In this document: piece after piece, positions 27,520-36,506 of the stretch
How positions within the stretch are numbered: the stretch's first letter is position 1
Layout of the letters: the number at the start of each line of letters is the position of its first letter
Assembly (NCBI GenBank): GCA_023265685.1
Contig: JAHFSP010000001.1
Span: 54,975-118,974, forward strand
Direction of reading: 5' to 3'
DNA from: Candidatus Woesearchaeota archaeon
GTDB lineage: Archaea; Nanobdellota; Nanobdellia; Woesearchaeales; GW2011-AR9
DNA: 64,000 nt
The notes under the pieces: generated by a model
Seen by the model: only the letters and a program-made list of their open reading frames with translations
What the model was told of the DNA's origin: nothing
The model's database searches: none
Made by a program: the position numbers and the translations under genes

Positions 27520-28197
27520 CTACTCAGCGCGGATAGACACGACCCGAGCAAAGGAACCGCAGTCGTAGAGGTCGTAATTACCACCGAGGCTCGAATCGTA
27601 TTGATCGTTCACGAAGAGCGCCCTCATTTCACCAACTTGAGGATTGGAAACAAGATGCGTATTCATTGCGGTGTAATTTGAATTTTGTCCTTCCCACTGG
27701 CGATCAACGTAGGGATCAAGTGCATTTCCTCCTGCAAATTGCCAGACTGGGTGGGCTTTTGCTTGAGACTTTGTGAGTGGAGTGTCGTATATCCCGTCTG
27801 CTCTGTTGAATTCTCTGACGTTGACATCGTCAGCGATGAGAGAATCATACTCCATACGAGTGGATGTTTGATTGAATTCTTGTGGTAGGCGTAGTAACGC
27901 ATCGGAGACAAGAGAGATTTTGAAGAGGCCGTTTGGCCCATAGGTGATTGCAGAACAGCTGTCATTCCATTTTTGACCGAGGTCCCAGTTGCCGATACGG
28001 GCGAGCATGTTTTCTTCGACGGTGAGAGGACGGTAGATTGTTTTGCCGTCAAGAACATGAGTAGGGTGTTGTACAGTTCTTCCTGCTTGTTCGTCGGCTT
28101 TGCAGACGTCTTGGAGAGCGTGATAGCCTTGGGCCCAGGTTTTGGTTTGTGGCATGAGCTGAACGGTTTGTCCAGTAAGTTTTTCGAGGAATGACAT
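27520..28197 (-). CDS. Paralog-family protein copy 2 (225 aa)
   Basis: Same family as 1247..1921 and 33230..33910. The 5' ~235 nt are near-identical to copy 3. Confidence 0.8.
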   Translation of the reverse strand: MSFLEKLTGQTVQLMPQTKTWAQGYHALQDVCKADEQAGRTVQHPTHVLDGKTIYRPLTVEENMLARIGNWDLGQKWNDSCSAITYGPNGLFKISLVSDALLRLPQEFNQTSTRMEYDSLIADDVNVREFNRADGIYDTPLTKSQAKAHPVWQFAGGNALDPYVDRQWEGQNSNYTAMNTHLVSNPQVGEMRALFVNDQYDSSLGGNYDLYDCGSFARVVSIRAE

Positions 28198-28221
28198 GTA
28201 GAGGGTTGTAACCGGAAAGTG

Positions 28222-28229
28222 TTTATAAA
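28222..28229 (-). promoter_or_regulatory. TATA box ~25 nt upstream of the copy-2 start
   Basis: tttataaa, with the same downstream tttgttgttactttaaagttat block as at copy 3. Confidence 0.45.
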
Positions 28230-28481
28230 TTTTATCTTTTTGTTGTTACTTTAAAGTTATTATTGTTATCTTGATTTGGTAGTCCCACTATTTGACCAAT
28301 ACAATATTGAATATTTGCCTTACATGACCCATCAGTAAAACTTTCTCACTATTTTCCATACCATCTTTGTTTTGTCACAGTTCTTACAAAAAGAAAACAA
28401 AATTTCTGAACGTCTCGTTTCTCACTAGCCACTGGTCAAGTCCGCAAAACTCTTTTAAAGCGTTCTTTCTATAATAGAGGG

Positions 28482-30722
28482 ATGCTGCAGAACTTTTCAC
28501 CTCGATTGTATCAGCAAACTATCCTTGCAAGTGCTGCAACGAAAAATACCTTGGTGGTTTTGCCTACAGGAATGGGAAAGACCGGTATTGCGTTGTTGCT
28601 GGCGGCTCAGCGATTGATTCAATATCCTCAATCTAAGATTCTTTTACTTGCACCAACCAAACCGCTTTGTGAACAACATGTGGAAACGTTTCGTAAACAT
28701 TTGACTGTAGATGCTGAGAAGATCGTGTTGTTTACTGGGAGTGTTACACCGGTTAAACGGGCGGCGTTATGGAAGACAGCAACGGTAATTGTAAGTACGC
28801 CCCAAGGTCTGGAGAATGATATTATTAATAGGCGTATTGACCTTAAAGAAGTAAGTGGATTGATTATTGATGAGGCACATCATGCGACGGGTGATTATCC
28901 TTACGTATGGTTAGCGGGACAGTATGAGAAAAATGCGCAATATGCTCGTATTTTGGCTTTAACGGCGTCTCCAGGAACTGATTTAGAAAGTATAAAAGAG
29001 CTGTGTAAAAATTTGTTTATTGAGAAGATTGAAGTACGTACACAAGAAGATCACGACGTTGCTCAATACGTTCAAGAAGTAGACATGAATTGGATAAGTG
29101 TGGAGTTTCCACCACAGCTCAAAGAAATTCAAACTCAATTGAATCTGTGTAAAACATCGAAACTAAGTGCAATTATGCAATTAGGATTGAGCAAGAGTTC
29201 TAAACTAGGCAAAGGAGAATTATTGGGATTACAACAAGAATTGCAAAGTAAGTTAGCGCAAGAAGGTACTGATTTTAACGTTTTTAAAGCGTTGTCATTG
29301 CTTGCTGAGGCACTTAAAATTGATCATGCGATAGAGTTATTAGAAACGCAAGGAGCGAGCCAAACGTGTAGGTATCTTGAGAAATTACAATCAGAAGCAC
29401 GAATCTCAAATACCAAAGCGGTGAAAAACCTTGTTGTTGATGAACATTTCAAAGCAGCATTATATCTAGCACAACAGCAAGTGGTTGAGGGAGTTCAACA
29501 TCCTAAAATGGTGAAATTGTTGGAGTTGTTGACTCAGACTATTGCAAAAGATATCACTGCAAAAGCAATTGTATTCACTCAGTTTCGTGATACAGGTGAG
29601 TTGATCGTTAAAGAATTGGAGAAAAACTCTATCTCAGGGCACATTTTCGTTGGACAGGCAAAGAAAAATGGGGTGGGTTTTTCTCAAAAAAAGCAAAAAG
29701 AAATTCTCGAGAAATTTAGGGATGGTGTTTTTTCTGTCTTGGTTGCGACGTCGGTTGCTGAAGAAGGACTTGATATTCCAAAAGTGGATGGGGTTATATT
29801 CTACGAGCCAATCCCAAGTGCGATTCGTTCCATTCAGCGTCGAGGACGTACCGGCCGTCTGGAAAAAGGAGAAGTCACGATTCTCATGACAAAGGGTACA
29901 CGAGATGAGGTGTATCGTTGGGCAGCACATCACAAAGAGAAACGGATGTATCGACATCTTGATGAATTACGTAAAAATATCGGGTTGATTTTACCAGAGA
30001 TAATTCTACCAAAGAAAGAAGCAAAAAATATTGAGAAACCATTAATGTCGTATACTACACCTGCTCTGAATGTAATACCTAAAGTGGTAATTCTGGCTGA
30101 TCATCGTGAAAAGAGTAATCGAGTAGTGAAAGAGTTGATCGACCTTAACGTTCATGTGACTCTTGAACAGCTCGATCATGCTGATTATCTACTTTCAGGT
30201 CGCGTGGCAGTTGAATTAAAACAAGTTCCTGATTTTGTTGCATCACTCATCGATGGACGAATCTTAGATCAGTTACGTGATTTAAAAAGATTGTTTGAGC
30301 GTGCAGTATTAATTATTGAGGGCGATGAAGATATTTATAGCGTGCGTAACGTTCACCCAAATGCGTTAAGAGGATTACTTGCAACCATTGTCTTGGATTA
30401 TGGTATCCCCATTTTATATACACGAAGTGCAAAAGAAACTGCGGCATTACTCGCAGTGATGGCAAAACGAGAACAAGAAAAGGATACTGATTTTTCTGTG
30501 CATTCTTTAAAGCCAAAAACTCTTTCTCAACAGCAGGAATATGTCGTAGCGGCATTGCCAGGAATTGGAATTCAGACCGCACGCGTGTTGTTGTTACATT
30601 TTAGATCTGTGGAAAGAGTAATGAGTGCAACGAAGAAAGAGTTGATGGAAGTGGAAGGCGTTGGTGTGAAAATCGCGGAGAGGATCAAAGAATTAGTTGA
30701 GAAAAAGTATGATGCCAAATAA
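28482..30722 (+). CDS. hef: Hef helicase-nuclease (FANCM/XPF-like: SF2 helicase + ERCC4 nuclease + HhH2)
   Basis: PTGMGKTGIA, DEAHHATG, helicase C motifs (QRRGRTGR), a C-terminal ERCC4 nuclease (ILADHREKSN...), and a terminal HhH. 746 aa. Confidence 0.85.
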   Translation: MLQNFSPRLYQQTILASAATKNTLVVLPTGMGKTGIALLLAAQRLIQYPQSKILLLAPTKPLCEQHVETFRKHLTVDAEKIVLFTGSVTPVKRAALWKTATVIVSTPQGLENDIINRRIDLKEVSGLIIDEAHHATGDYPYVWLAGQYEKNAQYARILALTASPGTDLESIKELCKNLFIEKIEVRTQEDHDVAQYVQEVDMNWISVEFPPQLKEIQTQLNLCKTSKLSAIMQLGLSKSSKLGKGELLGLQQELQSKLAQEGTDFNVFKALSLLAEALKIDHAIELLETQGASQTCRYLEKLQSEARISNTKAVKNLVVDEHFKAALYLAQQQVVEGVQHPKMVKLLELLTQTIAKDITAKAIVFTQFRDTGELIVKELEKNSISGHIFVGQAKKNGVGFSQKKQKEILEKFRDGVFSVLVATSVAEEGLDIPKVDGVIFYEPIPSAIRSIQRRGRTGRLEKGEVTILMTKGTRDEVYRWAAHHKEKRMYRHLDELRKNIGLILPEIILPKKEAKNIEKPLMSYTTPALNVIPKVVILADHREKSNRVVKELIDLNVHVTLEQLDHADYLLSGRVAVELKQVPDFVASLIDGRILDQLRDLKRLFERAVLIIEGDEDIYSVRNVHPNALRGLLATIVLDYGIPILYTRSAKETAALLAVMAKREQEKDTDFSVHSLKPKTLSQQQEYVVAALPGIGIQTARVLLLHFRSVERVMSATKKELMEVEGVGVKIAERIKELVEKKYDAK

Positions 30723-30798
30723 TTTTGGAGGGCATTAGTTTTTAGTAGTAACTTGTTAGGAGTAAATTTTATAAAAGAGGGATGATTTTAGACTTCTT

Positions 30799-31320
30799 GT
30801 GGAAACTACTCAGATTATCTATAAAAAAGCACCAACAGTTCAAGGGTTAATTACAGATTTACGTCCCCATCTTACAGATGCTATTGGATCTATTGCGAGA
30901 GGTGAATCGCTTGAAATAACTCTCGCATTTGAACCTGAATCTTGGGAAGAATTTTTGAGAACAAGTGATTATGCTTATGAAAGACGTGCGAGATTAGGTG
31001 ACTCTCATCTTGGTAGAGAAGGTCAAGAGATGTTAGAGGCTGCAATTAAATATAGTCTCCTACTAGATAGCAGAAATCTTAGAGTTGAAATTCAACTATT
31101 TTATCCCCAAAGCATTGCACAATTACAAACATGTGGCCCTGCTATCTACCAGAATGCCGTTGCTCAAACAGGTCAACTACCTTTTCCATTTTTTGATGAG
31201 ATTGATTTTAGTGAGCTTATACGGGAAGAGAAACTGGGTAAAAAAGAACATCGCGAGATACATGTTACATTTAGTAAAGCAGAATCAATGGATACGGTTA
31301 ATCGCTATTATCAAGATTAA
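30799..31320 (+). CDS. Hypothetical protein
   Basis: 173-aa ORF, no motif recognised. Confidence 0.4.
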   Translation: METTQIIYKKAPTVQGLITDLRPHLTDAIGSIARGESLEITLAFEPESWEEFLRTSDYAYERRARLGDSHLGREGQEMLEAAIKYSLLLDSRNLRVEIQLFYPQSIAQLQTCGPAIYQNAVAQTGQLPFPFFDEIDFSELIREEKLGKKEHREIHVTFSKAESMDTVNRYYQD

Positions 31321-31343
31321 TGTAGATTAATGTATAACTCATT

Positions 31344-32084
31344 TCATTTCTTAGACATCTTTCCAGTCTGCCAGTCACGCAGAATAAGTCTACTGGTTGA
31401 TTCGAGATCGGGTTGGCCACCTTTTTGGAGACGTTTGATTTTATAGCCAACCTGTTCGAGTATGTCTTGACTATTTTTGCCGCTGACTTGGTAATAGTCA
31501 CAGATTAATTGCTTTTTCTCTTTGATGAGACCGATGGCGGCGGCTTCAGGGTCTTTGATTTTGGCATAATCGATTGCACCAGTTTTACCGTGTTTAATGT
31601 CAGCATTGCCTTTTTCTTTGAGAGGAAAGACACCAGGAGTATCGAGAAGAACAATTTTTCTATCAACACGAATTTTTTGTAAGCCTTTGGTGAACCCACT
31701 CTCAGAAGACGTTCTTGCCGCACCGCGTCCTGCTAGTGCATTGATTAATGATGATTTTCCTACGTTAGGATATCCCACGATTCCTACCACAACATTTTCT
31801 CCATGCGAAAGTGCGAGAATTTTTTTCTTAAGCAGAGTTGTTCCAAGGTGTTCACGACTTGAAATGAAGATAGATGGTCGTAAATCCTTGCGGTCTTTTT
31901 TAAGCTGATCAATTTCCACTAAGTCACACTTTGTGATGACATAGAGAAGTTTTTTCCCTGATTGAAGAACTTTTCGTTCGATTTCCGGATGTCGAGTATC
32001 TTCAATGGAACGCGCATCAAGCACTTCGATGATAATATCAGATTGTTCCAAGACGCGATTGACATGTCGCCAGAATGAGGGCAT
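31344..32084 (-). CDS. Circularly permuted GTPase (YlqF/YawG family, ribosome-biogenesis type)
   Basis: G4 (TKCDL) precedes G1 (GYPNVGKSS) and G3 (DTPG), the hallmark permuted order. Confidence 0.7.
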   Translation of the reverse strand: MPSFWRHVNRVLEQSDIIIEVLDARSIEDTRHPEIERKVLQSGKKLLYVITKCDLVEIDQLKKDRKDLRPSIFISSREHLGTTLLKKKILALSHGENVVVGIVGYPNVGKSSLINALAGRGAARTSSESGFTKGLQKIRVDRKIVLLDTPGVFPLKEKGNADIKHGKTGAIDYAKIKDPEAAAIGLIKEKKQLICDYYQVSGKNSQDILEQVGYKIKRLQKGGQPDLESTSRLILRDWQTGKMSKK

Positions 32085-32151
32085 GGGAAGAGATGGGTGA
32101 GCGGTGTTTATAAAAGTCGCTGAAGAGAAGTTAAAAATTATGCATTTAAAA

Positions 32152-32538
32152 TCACGCTGCCAACGCTTCTTGGTTTTTAATCTCTTGTTCTACTGATTTG
32201 TATAATTCATGAATCTTACGGATAATTTCTGGTTTCTGTTTTTTCTGAGATAGGCCAATATAGGCTTTGAGTAATTTGATTTCTTGGAGTTCGCGTTGCA
32301 TGATTTCGAGAAATTTTTTCTTTCTTTCTGCAGAAAGATTTCGTGCAATAACATTTTCTGCCAAAACACTTTTTTCCAGACGACTTAGATATTCGTTAAT
32401 GCTATTTGCTAATTTGATTGTGTCCTTATCTTTTTCTCCTACTTCGTTGAGAACAAACAGCAAGTCTTCAATTTGTGTGGCAATAACAGCATACACTTTC
32501 CTGATTTTTTCCACGTATAATTGTACTGCTTCTGCCAT
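32152..32538 (-). CDS. Hypothetical coiled-coil protein
   Basis: 128 aa, heptad-rich, no known motif. Confidence 0.35.
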   Translation of the reverse strand: MAEAVQLYVEKIRKVYAVIATQIEDLLFVLNEVGEKDKDTIKLANSINEYLSRLEKSVLAENVIARNLSAERKKKFLEIMQRELQEIKLLKAYIGLSQKKQKPEIIRKIHELYKSVEQEIKNQEALAA

Positions 32539-32539
32539 T

Positions 32540-33133
32540 TTATTTCTCTTTACCTAAGATGTCAGCAGTACTTGCACCTAAGACTGCGAGAAGTTCATTT
32601 GTTGCAATAAGACGATATATCTGTGGAAGAGGAGTGGTAAAGTCTATGAAGCCAAAGACAAAGAGAGTTACTACGATGACTCCTGTTGAAATCAGGAAAA
32701 TGGTAGCAACTCGCAAAGGGATAAACCGGAATATTTTGATTTCTTTGACTTTGCGAAATCCTGAATAATACATGAAGAAGAATGCGACCACTAACGAGAG
32801 AACATAGAGGGTTGTGGCACGATTAACAGATACCCTGTCAGCGATCTCAACGCCATAAAAAAATGCGAAGTGACCAACTGTCCCGATTAATGCACCAATG
32901 GTACTTCGGGTGATGTCGGAACGAGTGATTTTCGTTAATGGATGACTGCTTTTCTCATTTTCAATTTCTTTTTTTATGGTCTCGAGTTCTTGGATTTCTT
33001 GAAGCTGGAGTCGTTCGACGTTTTCTTCTTCTATGAGGAGATCTTTTGGGGTTGGTCTTATTGAAGACAGTCTCGATTTTGGGAATTTAGAACTAGATGA
33101 TTGGGTCTTGGATGGTTTGCGTTTCTTTGCCAC
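32540..33133 (-). CDS. Hypothetical membrane protein
   Basis: 197 aa. Basic N-terminus, acidic coiled region, and several C-terminal TM helices. Confidence 0.45.
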   Translation of the reverse strand: MAKKRKPSKTQSSSSKFPKSRLSSIRPTPKDLLIEEENVERLQLQEIQELETIKKEIENEKSSHPLTKITRSDITRSTIGALIGTVGHFAFFYGVEIADRVSVNRATTLYVLSLVVAFFFMYYSGFRKVKEIKIFRFIPLRVATIFLISTGVIVVTLFVFGFIDFTTPLPQIYRLIATNELLAVLGASTADILGKEK

Positions 33134-33229
33134 GAAGGTAACGAAAGAAAAAGAGAATATAAGTCTTTCGAGTTGAGTGATTATTATGTTATTTTTAGAG
33201 TCTTAGAGAGAAGTCAAGCTTGTGAGATA

Positions 33230-33910
33230 CTAGCGAGCGCGGATGGGCACGACCCGAGCAAAGGAACCGTTGACGTAGGGGTCATAATTCTTACAACCAA
33301 AGTTCGAGCTGTTATGATTGCCCACGCAGAGCGCTCTCGTTTCACCAACTTGAGGATTGGAAAAAAGACATGTGCCCATTGCTGCGTAATCTGAATTTTT
33401 TCCTTGCCACTGGCGTTCAACGTATTGATCAAGTGCATTTCCTGCTGCGAATTGCCAGACTGGATGGGCTTTTGCTTGGGACTTTGTGAGTGGAGTGTCG
33501 TATATCCCGTCTGCTCTGTTGAATTCTCTGACATTGACACCATCAGCGACGAGAGAATCATACCCTATATTGAGAGATAGTTTATTGAAGTCTCGGGGTA
33601 GACGCAGAAGAGCATCAGAGATGAGAGAGATTTTGATACGACCGTTGGGTCCATAGGTGATTGCAGAACAGCTGTCATTCCATTTTTGACCGAGGTCCCA
33701 GTTGCCGATACGGGCGAGCATGTTTTCTTCGACGGTGAGAGGACGGTAGATTGTTTTGCCGTCAAGAACATGAGTAGGGTGTTGTACAGTTCTTCCTGCT
33801 TGTTCGTCGGCTTTGCAGACGTCTTGGAGAGCGTGATAGCCTTGGGCCCAGGTTTTGGTTTGTGGCATGAGCTGAACGGTTTGTCGAGTAAGTGTTTCGA
33901 GAAGTGACAT
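33230..33910 (-). CDS. Paralog-family protein copy 3 (226 aa)
   Basis: Same family as copies 1 and 2. N-terminal half is near-identical to copy 2 at the nucleotide level. Confidence 0.8.
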   Translation of the reverse strand: MSLLETLTRQTVQLMPQTKTWAQGYHALQDVCKADEQAGRTVQHPTHVLDGKTIYRPLTVEENMLARIGNWDLGQKWNDSCSAITYGPNGRIKISLISDALLRLPRDFNKLSLNIGYDSLVADGVNVREFNRADGIYDTPLTKSQAKAHPVWQFAAGNALDQYVERQWQGKNSDYAAMGTCLFSNPQVGETRALCVGNHNSSNFGCKNYDPYVNGSFARVVPIRAR

Positions 33911-33935
33911 GTTGGGCTACTATGATTAAAGTGCA

Positions 33936-33944
33936 TTTATAAAT
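33936..33944 (-). promoter_or_regulatory. TATA box ~26 nt upstream of the copy-3 start
   Basis: tttataaat followed by gtttcttttgttgttacttttaagttat, conserved with copy 2. Confidence 0.45.
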
Positions 33945-33970
33945 GTTTCTTTTGTTGTTACTTTTAAGTT

Positions 33971-34330
33971 ATGATCTATTCGGACCACTGTTTACATAAT
34001 CTTTTTATAAGTATTAAGTCTAGGATACCTATGGCATTCTCAAAACCGTTTCCAAAGCAGGTTCCAGGGAGTAATTATCCTCTTTGGGAGGAAGTGACGC
34101 TTGATGACCAAGAGGAGTATGAGGTAGAGGAGATTTGTCGTAGGGAGAATATGCGACTGATGGATCAGGCATTAAGCGATGCTAAAGTTTTGGCGATTAA
34201 GCATGGTATTAATGAGGATGGGATTCGTGCAACACTTGCGGTTTCTCTTTTTGAAAAACTAGCATCTCATGTGGTGTTTTGGAAAGAGCATCGTACCAAA
34301 GAGAGATGGGATGAGAAGAATCAGCGGTAG
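33971..34330 (+). CDS. Hypothetical protein
   Basis: 119-aa ORF. Likely start at the internal Met (MAFSKPFPK). Confidence 0.35.
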   Translation: MIYSDHCLHNLFISIKSRIPMAFSKPFPKQVPGSNYPLWEEVTLDDQEEYEVEEICRRENMRLMDQALSDAKVLAIKHGINEDGIRATLAVSLFEKLASHVVFWKEHRTKERWDEKNQR

Positions 34331-34342
34331 AATTTAATGGAC

Positions 34343-34828
34343 TTATTTCTTTTTCTTGACGTCTAGTGTCTTAACACCTAGGGCTTTCTCAACGTGGCGA
34401 GCATCTTCTTTGGTGTTGAAGAATAACAAATGTTTGACGCCTTCTTTAGTGAGAATATAACCACCGAGAAGATAATGGTCAAAGCGATGTTTGATGATGT
34501 TTTTTAAAAGAATTTTTACTTTTTGTTGTTTACGTCTTGAGCTATGTTCGATTAGTAGTTGTTGGGCATTGACAACGTAGTGTTTTTGCAATTTGCGACA
34601 TTCCAGAACAATAGTATAGGCTAAAGCATACACAGCAAGAAAAAGGGCAGTGAGAAGTAAACCATCGAAAACTTTGCCAAACATGCCTACGGTTGAAATG
34701 AAGATGACTCCTGCAAGTAATCCCACAAAATAGCGTTCGATTCTTAGTGAGAAGGCATGGCTAACGATAACACTCCAGCTATATCCAGTTCTGGTCTTTG
34801 ATGCTTTTTGGGTTGATTTTTTTGCCAT
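34343..34828 (-). CDS. Hypothetical membrane protein
   Basis: 161 aa with two or three TM helices. Confidence 0.4.
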   Translation of the reverse strand: MAKKSTQKASKTRTGYSWSVIVSHAFSLRIERYFVGLLAGVIFISTVGMFGKVFDGLLLTALFLAVYALAYTIVLECRKLQKHYVVNAQQLLIEHSSRRKQQKVKILLKNIIKHRFDHYLLGGYILTKEGVKHLLFFNTKEDARHVEKALGVKTLDVKKKK

Positions 34829-34849
34829 GGTTTTTTAGTTAGATTGAGT

Positions 34850-35110
34850 TTATTCGACAATTGGTGCTTTGGTCATGCTGATCATAGAAGCAATAAACAT
34901 CAAAATGAAGAGAAACATGAATGCAATGCCGTAGTTAGTACTTTTGGGAAGGATAAGGTATGCGCTAGTGAAAAAACCGACAATGGCGAGTACCATAAAG
35001 CTACCTTTGAGCGGTGCATATCTCCATTCTTTGGGTGATTTATGCGTTGCTGTCTTGGTCTTTTGATGTACTGCGTGTGATTTGTGGAGAGGTTTTTTGA
35101 TACGTGCCAT
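34850..35110 (-). CDS. Small membrane protein
   Basis: 86 aa with two TM helices. Confidence 0.35.
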   Translation of the reverse strand: MARIKKPLHKSHAVHQKTKTATHKSPKEWRYAPLKGSFMVLAIVGFFTSAYLILPKSTNYGIAFMFLFILMFIASMISMTKAPIVE

Positions 35111-35219
35111 GCTTCACCTTTTTAATCAGAGAACGTATTGTAGATATTTAAATCTATAGGTTGGTGTGGGGGCGTGAATCTAGACGTTAGAAGTTGATCT
35201 GCAAGTTAGACTTGGAGGT

Positions 35220-36419
35220 TTAGTTTCCGGTTTCTTTCAAGAATTTGGTTACTATTTTTTGTGCTTGAGAACGTTTTTTGTGGTGTTTTTCTAAAAACGT
35301 CGACACTTTGTCGATACAGTACTTTTTTAATTCTCCACTGAGCATTTTGCCAGACTTATAGTCTTGATAGATTTGAGCTAATTTATCGTCATCCGGTTCA
35401 AGACCATACAATAGCATTTGAAATGCAACATCTACTTCTGGGTTGCCCCCTAAACGGCGATGCTCTTCAACGGTTGCTTGGCCTCCTGAGAAAGCATATT
35501 TGTTAATTTTTTTAGCTGCTTCTTGTGGAGTCTCTGTAAGGGCAATATGAGTTGTTGGATCAGAAGAAGACATTTTTCCACCACCTAACCCTGGACAGAA
35601 TTTGTTGTAGGTTGAACTAATTTGTTCCATAGGGACAGCTTTGAAGCGCTGAATCATATCGCGGGCTAATCGAACATGTGGATCTTGATCTATACCAACA
35701 GGAATGACCACGGGCATTGGACCCTCGAATTCGGGCATCTGTGCATGACACATATCGGATGCTTGAAGTAAAGATGAAGACATTTTTGCAGGGGTGATTT
35801 CACCATATACTGCTTGAAATTCGTTGAATGTTGCATGGCGAGAAAGCATAGATGCAAGTCGATAATAGGCACTGGCTTTACGTCCATCTAAAGATCGGTT
35901 TGATTGAAAATAGAAATCACATTGAGAAAGATCGAGACCTAATGCGACATAATTAAGCAAGTACTCGTTAATTGCCGTATCACGTAATTGAGCAGTATCT
36001 GTGTTACGAGTATTGTAGGCTTCGACATCAGCAACACAAATATAGACTTTTGCTCCTAATTTCTGATAAAAAATCATCTGTTCTGCGATCATTTTATGGC
36101 CAAAATGGAATTTACCTGAGGGCATTAAACCTGTTATCATTACAAAAGGTTTTTTCTTTTTGATAGCTTCGAGAATTTTTTCAAAATCACGTTGAGCATA
36201 GATTAAGTTGCGGCGAAACAATACATTCTCCATAAATGCAGGAGGGAGTTTAGGCATAGGTTTTACCCCAAACTCTCTAATCAACTTATCATAATCGATG
36301 TTGCCTTTGACTTCCCAGGGAGTGACAGTGGCCATGAGTTGATTAAATAAAAACGAGTATATAAAATCTGTGGCATGATTGGGATATGCTTGAAACAGGG
36401 CGTGTGTAAAAAGATGCAA
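35220..36419 (-). CDS. trpS: Tryptophanyl-tRNA synthetase (archaeal/eukaryal type)
   Basis: Class Ic motifs: HIGH-like GKFHFGH and KMSKS as KMSSSD. True start is probably the Met at ~36335 (MATVTPWEV). Confidence 0.85.
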   Translation of the reverse strand: MHLFTHALFQAYPNHATDFIYSFLFNQLMATVTPWEVKGNIDYDKLIREFGVKPMPKLPPAFMENVLFRRNLIYAQRDFEKILEAIKKKKPFVMITGLMPSGKFHFGHKMIAEQMIFYQKLGAKVYICVADVEAYNTRNTDTAQLRDTAINEYLLNYVALGLDLSQCDFYFQSNRSLDGRKASAYYRLASMLSRHATFNEFQAVYGEITPAKMSSSLLQASDMCHAQMPEFEGPMPVVIPVGIDQDPHVRLARDMIQRFKAVPMEQISSTYNKFCPGLGGGKMSSSDPTTHIALTETPQEAAKKINKYAFSGGQATVEEHRRLGGNPEVDVAFQMLLYGLEPDDDKLAQIYQDYKSGKMLSGELKKYCIDKVSTFLEKHHKKRSQAQKIVTKFLKETGN

Positions 36420-36506
36420 GAAAGATACTAGAAAAAAGATATGAAAAAATCAAAGAATAGACTTAATCAAGAATGTTGAAATTGTCGCTTGATTACTGCT
36501 GCTTAA

